Below are positions 37,625 through 47,083 of a stretch of 64,000 nt of DNA, piece by piece. The notes beneath the pieces are model-generated. The model worked only from the letters and a program-made list of their open reading frames with translations, searched no databases and was not told the DNA's origin. The stretch is taken from NCBI GenBank assembly GCA_965199495.1, contig CBDASK010000003.1, forward strand, positions 1,920,001-1,984,000, written 5' to 3'. This DNA comes from Abditibacterium sp. (GTDB lineage Bacteria > Armatimonadota > Abditibacteriia > Abditibacteriales > Abditibacteriaceae). Every line of letters begins with the position of its first letter. Position 1 is the first letter of the stretch. A program made the translations under genes and the position numbers.

Positions 37625-39415
37625 ATGGCCCTGCTTAGTCTTCAGAACATCTCCTATCGCGTCGCCGACGCGCCGCTACTCGAAAACGCCGATTTACAAA
37701 TCGAGCGCGGCGAACGCGTCTGTATCGTCGGGCGCAACGGCGCCGGGAAATCGACATTACTGCGCATTATTTCGGGCGAAATCGCGCCCGACGACGGAAT
37801 TGTTGTGATTGACAAAGGCGTCAAAGTCGCGCGTTTGCCCCAGGAAGTGCCCGAAGGTTTCGTTGGAACGGTCGCGCAAATCGTCGCGGGCGATTCGGGC
37901 GCGCAACCGCACGAAATTGAGGCGACGATTTCGCGCTTGGGATTGGAAGGCGACGCGCAATTTCAAACGTTGTCGGGCGGCATGAAGCGGCGGGCGTGGC
38001 TGGGTCGCACGCTGGTTTCGCAGCCCGACGTTTTGTTATTGGACGAGCCGACCAACCATCTGGATATTGATTCGATTCAATGGCTCGAAGAGTTTTTGCT
38101 GCGCTATGTGCGCACGATTTTGTTCGTCAGCCACGACCGCGCCTTCACGCGCAATCTGGCGACGCGCATCGTCGAAATCGACCGCGCGACTTTGTATGCG
38201 TGGAACTGCAACTACGACGAATATCTGGAGCGCAAAGCCTCGGCGCTGGCCAACGAAGAACGCGAGCGCGCGTTGTTCGATAAAAAATTGGCGCAGGAAG
38301 AAGTCTGGATTCGCAAAGGCGTCGAGGCGCGGCGCACCAAAAGCAACAGCCGCATTCGTGAACTGATCAAAATGCGCGAAGAACGCTCGCAACGCCGCGA
38401 ACGTTTGGGAAATGTCGGAATGGAATTGCAAAGCGCGCAACGTTCGGGCGCTTTGGTCGCGCAGGCGAAAAATATCGCGTTTGCGTATAACGGCGAAAAA
38501 CCGATTGTCGAAGATTTCACGACGACAATTATGCGCGGCGATAAAGTCGGCATCATCGGGCCAAACGGCGCGGGAAAAACCACGCTTTTGCGTTTATTAC
38601 TGGGCCAACTCGAACCGCAATCGGGCGAAGTGAAGCTGGGAACGAACCTGCAAATCGCTTATTTCGATCAGTTGCGCGCGCAACTCGATCCCGAATTAAC
38701 GGTGCAACAGAACGTCGCGGGCGAGAATTCGACCGTGCAATTCAACGGCGAACACGTTCACGTCGTCGGATATTTGAACCAATTTTTGTTTTCGTCGCCG
38801 CGCATTCGCACCAAAGTCAAGTTTTTATCGGGCGGCGAACGCAATCGCTTATTGCTGGCCAAATTGTTTACGCAACCGGCGAATTTGTTGGTGATGGACG
38901 AGCCGACCAACGATTTGGACGCCGAAACGCTCGACTTATTGGAAGAATTGTTGATGAATTTCAAAGGCACGCTGTTGATGGTGAGCCACGACCGCGCGTT
39001 TTTGAATAACGTCGTGACGGGAACTTTGGTTTTCGAGCCAAACGCGGATGGCGATTTAGAATTGCAAGAATACGTCGGCGGCTACGACGATTGGTTGCGC
39101 CAACGCCCGCAAATAGCAGCCACGCCGGAAGTGAAAGTCGCGTCCAAAGTTGTTAAGGCGCCAAAAGCACGCAAATTGAGCTTCAAAGAAACGCGCGAAT
39201 TGGAAAGTTTGCCCGCGCAAATCGAGCAGTTGGAAACCGAACAAGCCGAATTAGTCGAGAAGTTGGCCGACCCAGATTTATACAGCGACGGAGCCAAAGT
39301 GAGTGCGACAACGGCGCGCATGAAAGCGGTCGAAAACGCATTGGAAACCGCGTTCGAGCGTTGGGAAGAATTACTCGAAATGGAGAAAAAATCGGCGGCG
39401 GGCGAACTGTTTTGA
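37625..39415 (+). CDS. uup: ABC-F ATPase, Uup-like
   Basis: Two NBDs (GRNGAGKST, GPNGAGKTT, LSGG, DEPTN), EEVWIRKGVEARRT linker, KLSFKETRELE C-terminal coiled coil. Confidence 0.88.
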   Translation: MALLSLQNISYRVADAPLLENADLQIERGERVCIVGRNGAGKSTLLRIISGEIAPDDGIVVIDKGVKVARLPQEVPEGFVGTVAQIVAGDSGAQPHEIEATISRLGLEGDAQFQTLSGGMKRRAWLGRTLVSQPDVLLLDEPTNHLDIDSIQWLEEFLLRYVRTILFVSHDRAFTRNLATRIVEIDRATLYAWNCNYDEYLERKASALANEERERALFDKKLAQEEVWIRKGVEARRTKSNSRIRELIKMREERSQRRERLGNVGMELQSAQRSGALVAQAKNIAFAYNGEKPIVEDFTTTIMRGDKVGIIGPNGAGKTTLLRLLLGQLEPQSGEVKLGTNLQIAYFDQLRAQLDPELTVQQNVAGENSTVQFNGEHVHVVGYLNQFLFSSPRIRTKVKFLSGGERNRLLLAKLFTQPANLLVMDEPTNDLDAETLDLLEELLMNFKGTLLMVSHDRAFLNNVVTGTLVFEPNADGDLELQEYVGGYDDWLRQRPQIAATPEVKVASKVVKAPKARKLSFKETRELESLPAQIEQLETEQAELVEKLADPDLYSDGAKVSATTARMKAVENALETAFERWEELLEMEKKSAAGELF

Positions 39416-39456
39416 GGGCGCAACTTGCGCGTTGAACGGCGCGTCAAATGACGTAA

Positions 39457-40881
39457 ATGATATTACGTATTTTGCAGGTCGTGTTGAAGTTCACAACGGT
39501 GGGAATGACTTTGGTCGCGCTGATTCATTCTCTTGAGGCCGCGCCCAAATCGGCGATTGTGGCGCCCAATCCGTTACCTTTGGGGCAACGATTGCCGATG
39601 CCGCCCGAAGGAATTGACGGGATCGAAGGCCAGTTTCGCAATTATCAATGGGAAAAGATGGCGCGCGATTTACGTGTGCGCGACTTGCGCGTTTACGACT
39701 GGCCGCAGGCTTACAACAAAGTGGGCGAGGCCGGAAAGCAGCAAAGCTTGGTTATCGAACGTTTGCGTCGCGCCGGATATAAAGTGCAAAAATTCGAGTG
39801 GACGGGCTATAATCCCGCCGACACCGAAGGTTTTGAAGCGTATCGCGTGGGCGAAACTTTGGCGGCGATGTGGCGCAATAACGGCTCGCATTTGCTGCTT
39901 TACTGGGGTCATCAGGCGCCCGCGACGCCCGCGCAAAAGCGCGATGATGAACTGTTGCAAGCCGCCGCCGCCGAAGATGTCGCTCGCGCGAAAACGGCAT
40001 TGTTAAGGGGCGCCAATCCCAACGCCCTCGATTACAGCGGCGAATCGGTGCTAAGTTTGGCGGCGAACACGGGCAATATCCCAATTGTTAAAGCTCTATT
40101 GCGCGCGCAGCAAACGGCGCCCGGCGCGGCGGGCACGAAATTGAACATCGGCGATTGGCTGAAATTTGCCGTTGCGCGCGACGATACCGATTTGCTGCGA
40201 CTGTTTTTGGCTAAAGGCGCCACGCCCAACCAGATTGGCGCGGCGTTGCAAGAGGCCGCCGCGCGTGGCGCGCGCAAATGCGCGCCCTTGCTCATCGAAC
40301 ACGCGCCGCGCGCTTGGATCAACTCGGCGTTGTGGCAAGCGGCATTTGTCGAAGAGTGGCGCGGATCGGCCATTCAATATCCCGACATCGTGAAACTTTT
40401 GCTGACGCGAAAACCCGATAAAAGCGCGCTCGACGTGGCGCTCTTGCGTGTTGCGGGATTTGACGATCAAGGCATTGTTGTTCCGCTCTTGTTGGAGGCG
40501 GGCGCCGATCCCAATGCCAGCGACGAACAAGGAGAAACCGCCTTGATTCACGCGCTCAAAGATTATGATCCCAATTCGGTGCGCAATCTCTTAAAAGCGG
40601 GCGCCGATCCCAACGCTAAAAGCGCGCGAGGCACTCCAGCTTTGGTTATGGCGCTGGGCACACCGTTCGACTTGGACGAATTACTGAAGTATTCCCCTGA
40701 CCTGAGCGCGCGCACTAAATCGGGTGCGACGGCTTTAGATTTTGCGCGCAACACGTTGGAATCGCTCACCAAAAAAGCGGCTCAAAAAGAGAATCCTAAT
40801 TATAAAGATGATCAAGCGTATCGTAACGATTGGCGGAAAATCGTCGCTCGTTTGGAAGCACTCACTCAATCTCAACATTAG
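39457..40881 (+). CDS. Secreted ankyrin-repeat protein
   Basis: Signal-like N-terminus; repeated LL.AGADPNA..G.TAL motifs. Confidence 0.8.
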   Translation: MILRILQVVLKFTTVGMTLVALIHSLEAAPKSAIVAPNPLPLGQRLPMPPEGIDGIEGQFRNYQWEKMARDLRVRDLRVYDWPQAYNKVGEAGKQQSLVIERLRRAGYKVQKFEWTGYNPADTEGFEAYRVGETLAAMWRNNGSHLLLYWGHQAPATPAQKRDDELLQAAAAEDVARAKTALLRGANPNALDYSGESVLSLAANTGNIPIVKALLRAQQTAPGAAGTKLNIGDWLKFAVARDDTDLLRLFLAKGATPNQIGAALQEAAARGARKCAPLLIEHAPRAWINSALWQAAFVEEWRGSAIQYPDIVKLLLTRKPDKSALDVALLRVAGFDDQGIVVPLLLEAGADPNASDEQGETALIHALKDYDPNSVRNLLKAGADPNAKSARGTPALVMALGTPFDLDELLKYSPDLSARTKSGATALDFARNTLESLTKKAAQKENPNYKDDQAYRNDWRKIVARLEALTQSQH

Positions 40882-40891
40882 GAGGTGAATT

Positions 40892-41242
40892 ATGCCAAAA
40901 AAGAAAAAACCGAAACGCGATCCGAATCAGCCGCTTTTGCAGGGGCGCGACGCTTACATTGCGCGCCTGAAAGCGGGCGAAACCGTGAGTTTTCGCGAGG
41001 GCGGCAACTCGATGACGCCGCGCATTAAATCGCGCGAGAAATGCACGTATGAACCCGTGACTTCCATTGATGAACTCAAAGTTGGCGACGCCGTTTTCTG
41101 TAAAGTTGGCGGCAACTTTTTTACGCATTTGATTACCGCGATTCGTGATGAACAAGTGCAAATCTCGAACAATCACGGGCACGTCAACGGTTGGACGCAT
41201 ATCTCGAACGTGTTCGGGCGCGTGATTGCTATCGAGAAATAA
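40892..41242 (+). CDS. Small S24/S26 peptidase-fold protein
   Basis: SD AGGAGGTG; GNSMTP, LKVGDAVF, THLI, VFGRV. Confidence 0.6.
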   Translation: MPKKKKPKRDPNQPLLQGRDAYIARLKAGETVSFREGGNSMTPRIKSREKCTYEPVTSIDELKVGDAVFCKVGGNFFTHLITAIRDEQVQISNNHGHVNGWTHISNVFGRVIAIEK

Positions 41243-42209
41243 ACCGCGTTTCGATTTCGGCAATCGCTCGCTTCAAGCGCGTTGGATGATCGCCCAAAAC
41301 CAACAGCCATGGCGTCGCTTGCGCGTTCAATTCTTCGACGAACTGCGCGTGCATCCCAGCGCGAATCGCTTCGCCGTCGCGGATGCCGTCTTGCACGAAC
41401 GGAATATTGGCGTCGGTTAATAGATACAAATCGGCGTGGCCCGCGTTGGCAATCGCTTCGACATCGGGCGAAAATTCGCTCATGTAGCGATGATGCCACA
41501 AGCGTGTCGTCCACGCGTTGGTATCGCAAATTAAAATGCGATTGGCGTCGCGCGCCGTCGCGTTTTCGCGCTTTTGTTGTTCGGCTGCAATTTGCGCAAA
41601 TTCTTCGCTGCGCCAGACGTAATCCAAGCCGCTCCAATATTTTTCGCAGTATTCGCGGCCATATTCTTCGACCCACGCGGTTTGGAAATGCGCTGCCAAA
41701 GCGCGCGCCAAGGTCGTGGTGCCGCTCGATTCGGCGCCCACGACGACGACGCGCGGCACAAAATGGGCGCGCACATGGGGGCGCAACCAATCGAAGTGGG
41801 CGCACGGATTGTCGCGAATCCACGTCGCGCGCATTGGGATTTTCGCGCGCTTTAAATCGACGCAAACGTGCGCACAATCCATGCAATGCGCCCAGCGCGC
41901 GCCGTATTCTTCGCTGGTGAAGGCGGCGTCGGGCTTTTCGCCGAGCCATCCGATGGTTAAATTCGCCCACAACTGCGAATCGTTATCGTCGAGTTCGGGC
42001 TTGTCGTCAATGACAATCACGTTGGCCGTCGGATGCGCCTCGCGCAGCCACGCCGCGCGCGTCGGGCCGGGAATAAAATCATCGGCGCGCCAGCAGACGA
42101 TAACCGTCAAACGTTCGCACTGCGCCAAAGCGGTTTCGATGAGAAAATGATGGCCCAGATGCGGCGGCAAAAACTTGCCGATGGTGACGCCTAAATCAAA
42201 TCGTTTCAT
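41229..42209 (-). CDS. NadR-like NMN adenylyltransferase/ribosylnicotinamide kinase without an HTH domain
   Basis: GKFLPPHLGH, GAESSGTTTL, EEYGREY, ICDTN, FVQDGIR. Confidence 0.88.
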   Translation of the reverse strand: MKRFDLGVTIGKFLPPHLGHHFLIETALAQCERLTVIVCWRADDFIPGPTRAAWLREAHPTANVIVIDDKPELDDNDSQLWANLTIGWLGEKPDAAFTSEEYGARWAHCMDCAHVCVDLKRAKIPMRATWIRDNPCAHFDWLRPHVRAHFVPRVVVVGAESSGTTTLARALAAHFQTAWVEEYGREYCEKYWSGLDYVWRSEEFAQIAAEQQKRENATARDANRILICDTNAWTTRLWHHRYMSEFSPDVEAIANAGHADLYLLTDANIPFVQDGIRDGEAIRAGMHAQFVEELNAQATPWLLVLGDHPTRLKRAIAEIETRFISR

Positions 42210-42811
42210 GGATGAGCAATGGGCGCATCAGGCGCCGTGGCTGCTGCTGCGGACGACATGGATTTGCGCCAATCGCGCAGGCCGATGAGGCAGAGTATCA
42301 AAAAGAATCCGTAGAGCGCCGAAGTCAGATAAAGCCCGCGATGAAGGTAAAGCGGCACATAAATCAGGTCGGCGAGAATCCAAATCCACCAGTTTTCCAA
42401 GCGTTTGCGCGAGAGCAAATACTGCGCGGCCAGCGAAAGCGCGGTCGTCATGGCGTCCCAAAGCGGCACCGCGCCGCCCGCCAGATGCAAAAATCGCATC
42501 ATGAGCGGCACGGAAAATAATAAGAATAGCGCGCAAACCGTAACATCGAATCGGCTGGCGCGCGTGACGGGGAGGGCCGCTTCGCCGCGCTTGCCGCCAA
42601 CCCACAGCGCCCAGCCGAACACGCCTAAAACCAGATAAACGACTTGCAAACCCGTGTCGCCGTAAAGCCGCGATTGGAAAAATAGGACGCCGAAGAGAAC
42701 GTTGTTGACGATGCCAATCGGGAAGTTCCATAGACTCTGGCGCGCCGTCAGCCAGACGCACCAGGCGCCCGTAATAACGCCCCAGATTTCGGGCCAGGTA
42801 AATCCAAACAC
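42206..42811 (-). CDS. pnuC: Nicotinamide riboside transporter PnuC
   Basis: WNFPIGI, DAMTTALS..AQYL..RKRLENWWIWI..D; overlaps the NadR-like gene. Confidence 0.9.
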   Translation of the reverse strand: MFGFTWPEIWGVITGAWCVWLTARQSLWNFPIGIVNNVLFGVLFFQSRLYGDTGLQVVYLVLGVFGWALWVGGKRGEAALPVTRASRFDVTVCALFLLFSVPLMMRFLHLAGGAVPLWDAMTTALSLAAQYLLSRKRLENWWIWILADLIYVPLYLHRGLYLTSALYGFFLILCLIGLRDWRKSMSSAAAATAPDAPIAHP

Positions 42812-42827
42812 TCAGACATTTTATCAA

Positions 42828-42875
42828 TTGCGCGAGGTTGTGCAGCCCAACTTTGGGTTGCACAACCTCGCGCAA
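42828..42875. repeat. Near-perfect hairpin between the SDR gene and pnuC
   Basis: TTGCGCGAGGTTGTGCAGCCCAA-CT-TTGGGTTGCACAACCTCGCGCAA. Confidence 0.7.
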
Positions 42876-42879
42876 ATTT

Positions 42880-43587
42880 TTACCAATTCATCTGTTTGCC
42901 CATGTGCAAAAATTGGCCGCTCGGCCCATCAGCACCCAATGTCGCCAACCCAACGATGGTTTTGACGCCCTGCGCCGCCGTCATCGGCGCTTTATCGCCG
43001 CCCATATCGGTCTTGGCCCAACCCGGATGCGCGGCGTTGATTTTATAATTCGTGCCCGCTTTTTCCTGCGCCAATTCGACGGTGTAGGCGTTGAGCGCGG
43101 CTTTGGAAGCCGAGTAACTGGCGCGAATCCAGGTTTTCATTTGCGGCTTGGAAATCTCGTTGATGCTGCCCAGGATCGCGCTCAAATTGACGATGCGCGG
43201 CGCATCCGATTGGTCTAACAATGGCAAAAACGCGTTGGTCACGTCCACAACGCCGAAGAAATTGACATCGAACGTGCGCTTCCAATTTTCCGAAGGCACG
43301 CCGCCGACTTTGAAATCGTGTTCGAGCATAATTCCGGCGTTGTTGACCAAAACATCGAGCGATTCGAGTTGCGCGGCGGCGCTGGCAATTGAATCTGAAT
43401 CGGTGACATCGAGTTGCACGAAACGCGCGTCCAAACCTTCGCTTTGCAGCAAAGTTTCGGCGTCTTGTCCGCGATTTTCGTCGCGACAGGCGAGATAAAC
43501 AGTGAAACCATAATCGCGCGCGAGTTGGCGGGCGGTTTCGAGGCCCAGACCTTTATTGGCGCCGGTGATGAGAGCGGTTTTTGACAT
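42880..43587 (-). CDS. Short-chain dehydrogenase/reductase
   Basis: ITGANKGLG, VNNAGI, YSASK, HPGWAKTDMGG. Confidence 0.92.
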   Translation of the reverse strand: MSKTALITGANKGLGLETARQLARDYGFTVYLACRDENRGQDAETLLQSEGLDARFVQLDVTDSDSIASAAAQLESLDVLVNNAGIMLEHDFKVGGVPSENWKRTFDVNFFGVVDVTNAFLPLLDQSDAPRIVNLSAILGSINEISKPQMKTWIRASYSASKAALNAYTVELAQEKAGTNYKINAAHPGWAKTDMGGDKAPMTAAQGVKTIVGLATLGADGPSGQFLHMGKQMNW

Positions 43588-43715
43588 AATGATTTGGAGA
43601 GAGCAAATCGGGCGACGAAAACCGCGAGACCATGCGCGTAATTCGGCAAAAGTGCCATTGAGAGAGCGCATCAACCCAACAGCGAGTTTTGTGATTCTGC
43701 CAAACTTGGGTTTCG

Positions 43716-45053
43716 ATGAATCGAAATCCAAGTTATCAATTCCCGCCCGACTTTATCTGGGGCGTGGCGGCTGCCAGCGCGCAAATCGAAGGCGCCGCGT
43801 TTGAAGGCGGCAAAGGCGCCTCGATCTGGGACACGTTTTGCCGCCAACCCGGCGCGGTCTTAAACGGTGATACGCTCGATATGGCGTGCGATCACTTTCA
43901 TCTTTACGAGCAGGACGCCGATTTGATGAAAGAATTGGGCTGGCGCAACTACCGCCTGAGCATCGCGTGGCCGCGCGTTTTCCCCGAAGGCACCGGCGAA
44001 ATCAACGAAGCCGGATTGGAGTTTTACGACCGTTTGATTGACGCGTTTTTGGCGCGCGACATCACGCCGTGGGTCACGCTGTTTCACTGGGATTTGCCGC
44101 AACCCTTGGAAGACGAAAACGGCTGGCTCAACCGTGCCACGGTTGACGCGTTCGCGGTTTATGCCGATGTCGTCACCAAGCGTTTGGGCGACCGGGTGAA
44201 AAATTGGCTCACGCTCAACGAAATGCCGTGTTTTATCGGTTTGGGCTACGAAACCGGCATTCACGCGCCGGGGCGCAAAGAGCAGAAACAACTCGTGAAT
44301 CAGGGTTATCATCACGCGCTTTTGGCGCACGGGCGCGCCGTGGCTGCTGTGCGCGCCAACGTGCCCGGCGCGAGCGTTGGTCTGGTGCATAATCCGCCGA
44401 CGCCGATTCCGGTTATCGAAACCGACGAACATATCGAGGCGGCGAAAGGTAATTACGAGCGCGCTAACGGCGCGCTCATGATGCCGGTTTTCGCGGGCAA
44501 ATATCCCGATTGGTTTATGGATTCGCCCGACGCGCCCAAAGTGGAAGACGGCGATATGGAGATTATCGCGCAACCGGGCGATTTTCTGGGCTTGAATCTC
44601 TACGCCGGATATTTCGTGAGCGCCGACAACCCGGCGCAACAACTGCCGTTTCCCAACCAATTTCCGCGCGGCGATTTGCCGTGGATTCACGTCACGCCGC
44701 AAACGCTCTACTGGCAAATCCGCTTGGCGCGCGAAGTTTTCGGCGTCGAATCGTTTTACGTCACCGAAAACGGCGCGGCGTTCGATGACCAATTGACCGA
44801 CGCAGGCGAAGTCATTGATTTAGATCGGCGCGAATATCTGCGCAATTATCTCATCGGCTTGCAGCGCGCCAGCGCCGAGGGTTTCGATGTGAAGGGCTAT
44901 TTCGCGTGGAGCGTGATGGACAACTACGAATGGGCCGAGGGTTACGCCAAACGATTCGGTTTGATTCACGTTGATTTCGCGACGCAAAAGCGGGTGCCGA
45001 AATTATCGGCCCAATGGTATAGCACGGTCTGCCGCGAAAATCGTGTGGTTTAA
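43716..45053 (+). CDS. GH1 beta-glucosidase
   Basis: FIWGVAAASAQIEG, TLNEM, YVTENG, DNYEWAEG. Confidence 0.95.
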   Translation: MNRNPSYQFPPDFIWGVAAASAQIEGAAFEGGKGASIWDTFCRQPGAVLNGDTLDMACDHFHLYEQDADLMKELGWRNYRLSIAWPRVFPEGTGEINEAGLEFYDRLIDAFLARDITPWVTLFHWDLPQPLEDENGWLNRATVDAFAVYADVVTKRLGDRVKNWLTLNEMPCFIGLGYETGIHAPGRKEQKQLVNQGYHHALLAHGRAVAAVRANVPGASVGLVHNPPTPIPVIETDEHIEAAKGNYERANGALMMPVFAGKYPDWFMDSPDAPKVEDGDMEIIAQPGDFLGLNLYAGYFVSADNPAQQLPFPNQFPRGDLPWIHVTPQTLYWQIRLAREVFGVESFYVTENGAAFDDQLTDAGEVIDLDRREYLRNYLIGLQRASAEGFDVKGYFAWSVMDNYEWAEGYAKRFGLIHVDFATQKRVPKLSAQWYSTVCRENRVV

Positions 45054-45058
45054 AGTTT

Positions 45059-45157
45059 CCGTAGAGACGCCGATTTATCGCGCCTAACACTGTCAGAGTT
45101 GCTTTGTCGTAACGGAATTTACGACGTTTTAGACGCGATAAATCGGCGTCTCTACGG
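45059..45157. repeat. REPIN (GTAGAGACGCCGATTTATCGCG family)
   Basis: Inverted pair nearly identical to 21222-21329. Confidence 0.85.
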
Positions 45158-45222
45158 GACAAGCGAAATTTACAAACATCGGGAACTTAAAAGCCGCGCC
45201 GCGCAGTCACCCATTTCAGCTC

Positions 45223-47082
45223 ATGAAAAAATCTCTTTTGCTCGCGGGTTTGTGTCTGCTTGGTTTATCGCACGTTCCGGCCCAAGCCGCGCCGGTTTTC
45301 GAGAGTGCGCCGTTTGGCGGCAAGGCGCAACCGGTGCCCGCCGGGGCGAAGTTGACGTTGCAGCCACGGCGGGCGAGTTACTTCTTGGGCGAGAACGTTA
45401 TCGCCGATTTTCAGGTCGAAAACGTGGCCCAAACGCCGTTTGCGATTTCTGTCGGCGGCGATTATCGCGGCGGCACGCGCGCCGACCGTTTCAAAATCAG
45501 CGCGCTTGATGCGGCGGGACAGCCCGTGGCTGATCCGTCGCCGACCGAAAATAATTTCGGCGGTTTGGGCGGCGCCGTTCTGGTTAAGCCGGGCCAGATT
45601 TGGACGCGGACGCTTTCGCTTTTGCCCTATTTGCGCTTGGAAGCGCCGGGCGAATATCAACTTTCGGCGACGCACGATTTGGGTTGGAAAGCCACGAAAG
45701 AGCGCTCGTTGCCCATCGCTCACGCGACGATTCAGTTGCAGATGCCGACACCGGAACAAGCGCGAGAAATCGTGGCGAAAATCGAAGCGTTGCCAAAAGC
45801 TGACGGCGTATCAATGGGCGAGCGCAATCCCAACGAATGGGCCGATTTTTCGGCGCTGCATTATCCGGTTTATCTGCCGATCATCGCTCCTCAAATTCGC
45901 GCGGGCGACGCGCGCTTTTTACCGTCAGTTGCCAAACTCGAAACGCCCGAAGCCACGCGTTTGCTCATCGAATTGTTGGATGCCAAACCCGAAATCGCGC
46001 GTCAAGCCGCCGCGTATTTGACCGAGCGCTTGCCCGTCAACGACGCCGATCCGATGATTCCTGCCGCGCTCGCCGACCGGCCCGAATTGCGCGCGTTTCG
46101 GGCGCAACGCCTTGAGCGCGTCGAGCGCTCGTGGCGCCCGGAGTTCGCCGCGCCGACATTGGATTACGCGCGCCGCGCGCTGCAAAGCGACGAACGTGAA
46201 ACGCTGCGATTGGGCGCGCATTTGATGATGAATCTGGGCGCGGCGCCGGATTATTCGCGGGTTATCGCGGCGCTCAACCGGCGTTTGCCCTTGACGGCCA
46301 AAAAACCGCGTTGGCAATACGTTGGCAACGACCAAGATAACACGATGGAAGGTTGGCAGTTGCAGGACGATTGTCTCGGACTGGCGCGCGCCGCGCTACA
46401 AATCCGGCGGCGCGATGCAGCCACGCCGCCCGGTGACAACACAGCGGCAGACGCCGTCGTTGAAATCGTGGGCATGAAAACCGACCCCGCGCGCTTGGAA
46501 AACGCGTGGGCCGCGCGCGTCACGCCGTATTTGCGCGCGAAGTTGCCGTTTATCCGGCAATTGGCGTTGGAAAGTTTGGTGCCGCCGTACAATTTCAAAA
46601 GTCGGCCTGTCGCCGTAACGCCGACCCGATTAACGCCCGATGTGCGCGCGCTTTTGCCCGCGTTGTTGGCCGATTCCGACATCAGCGTGCGCGTGGCGGC
46701 GGTGACGTTGGCGGGCGCTTCGCGCGACAAAAGTTTGGCTTCGGATGTCTTGAAGAATCTGGCGCAAACGCGCAACAGTTGGGACATCGGCCCCGCCAAT
46801 GAAGCCACGCGCAATCTGGGGGTTTCGCTGCGCGCCGCGCAAATTTGGGCCAATCGGTTGGAACAACCCAAAATGTTCCGGCTGGCGATTGATTCGCTTT
46901 TGCAAATGACGACCGGTAGAGGTTTGAGCGGTTCAAGTCTCGACAGCCCGGAACAGGGCGCGCTTTATCTGCCGCGCTGGCGCCAGTTTTTGCATCGCAA
47001 CTCGGCGGTTTTGGCGGCGAACCAAACGATTGCGCGCGAGAAAATCCCGCGCGATTTGTATCCGGCGGATTGGAGTTTGTGA
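45223..47082 (+). CDS. Secreted hypothetical protein: N-terminal beta-sandwich-like region plus HEAT-like helical repeats
   Basis: Signal peptide ending AQA; PGEYQLSATH; LLADSDISVRVAAV-type repeats. Confidence 0.6.
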   Translation: MKKSLLLAGLCLLGLSHVPAQAAPVFESAPFGGKAQPVPAGAKLTLQPRRASYFLGENVIADFQVENVAQTPFAISVGGDYRGGTRADRFKISALDAAGQPVADPSPTENNFGGLGGAVLVKPGQIWTRTLSLLPYLRLEAPGEYQLSATHDLGWKATKERSLPIAHATIQLQMPTPEQAREIVAKIEALPKADGVSMGERNPNEWADFSALHYPVYLPIIAPQIRAGDARFLPSVAKLETPEATRLLIELLDAKPEIARQAAAYLTERLPVNDADPMIPAALADRPELRAFRAQRLERVERSWRPEFAAPTLDYARRALQSDERETLRLGAHLMMNLGAAPDYSRVIAALNRRLPLTAKKPRWQYVGNDQDNTMEGWQLQDDCLGLARAALQIRRRDAATPPGDNTAADAVVEIVGMKTDPARLENAWAARVTPYLRAKLPFIRQLALESLVPPYNFKSRPVAVTPTRLTPDVRALLPALLADSDISVRVAAVTLAGASRDKSLASDVLKNLAQTRNSWDIGPANEATRNLGVSLRAAQIWANRLEQPKMFRLAIDSLLQMTTGRGLSGSSLDSPEQGALYLPRWRQFLHRNSAVLAANQTIAREKIPRDLYPADWSL

Positions 47083-47083
47083 T

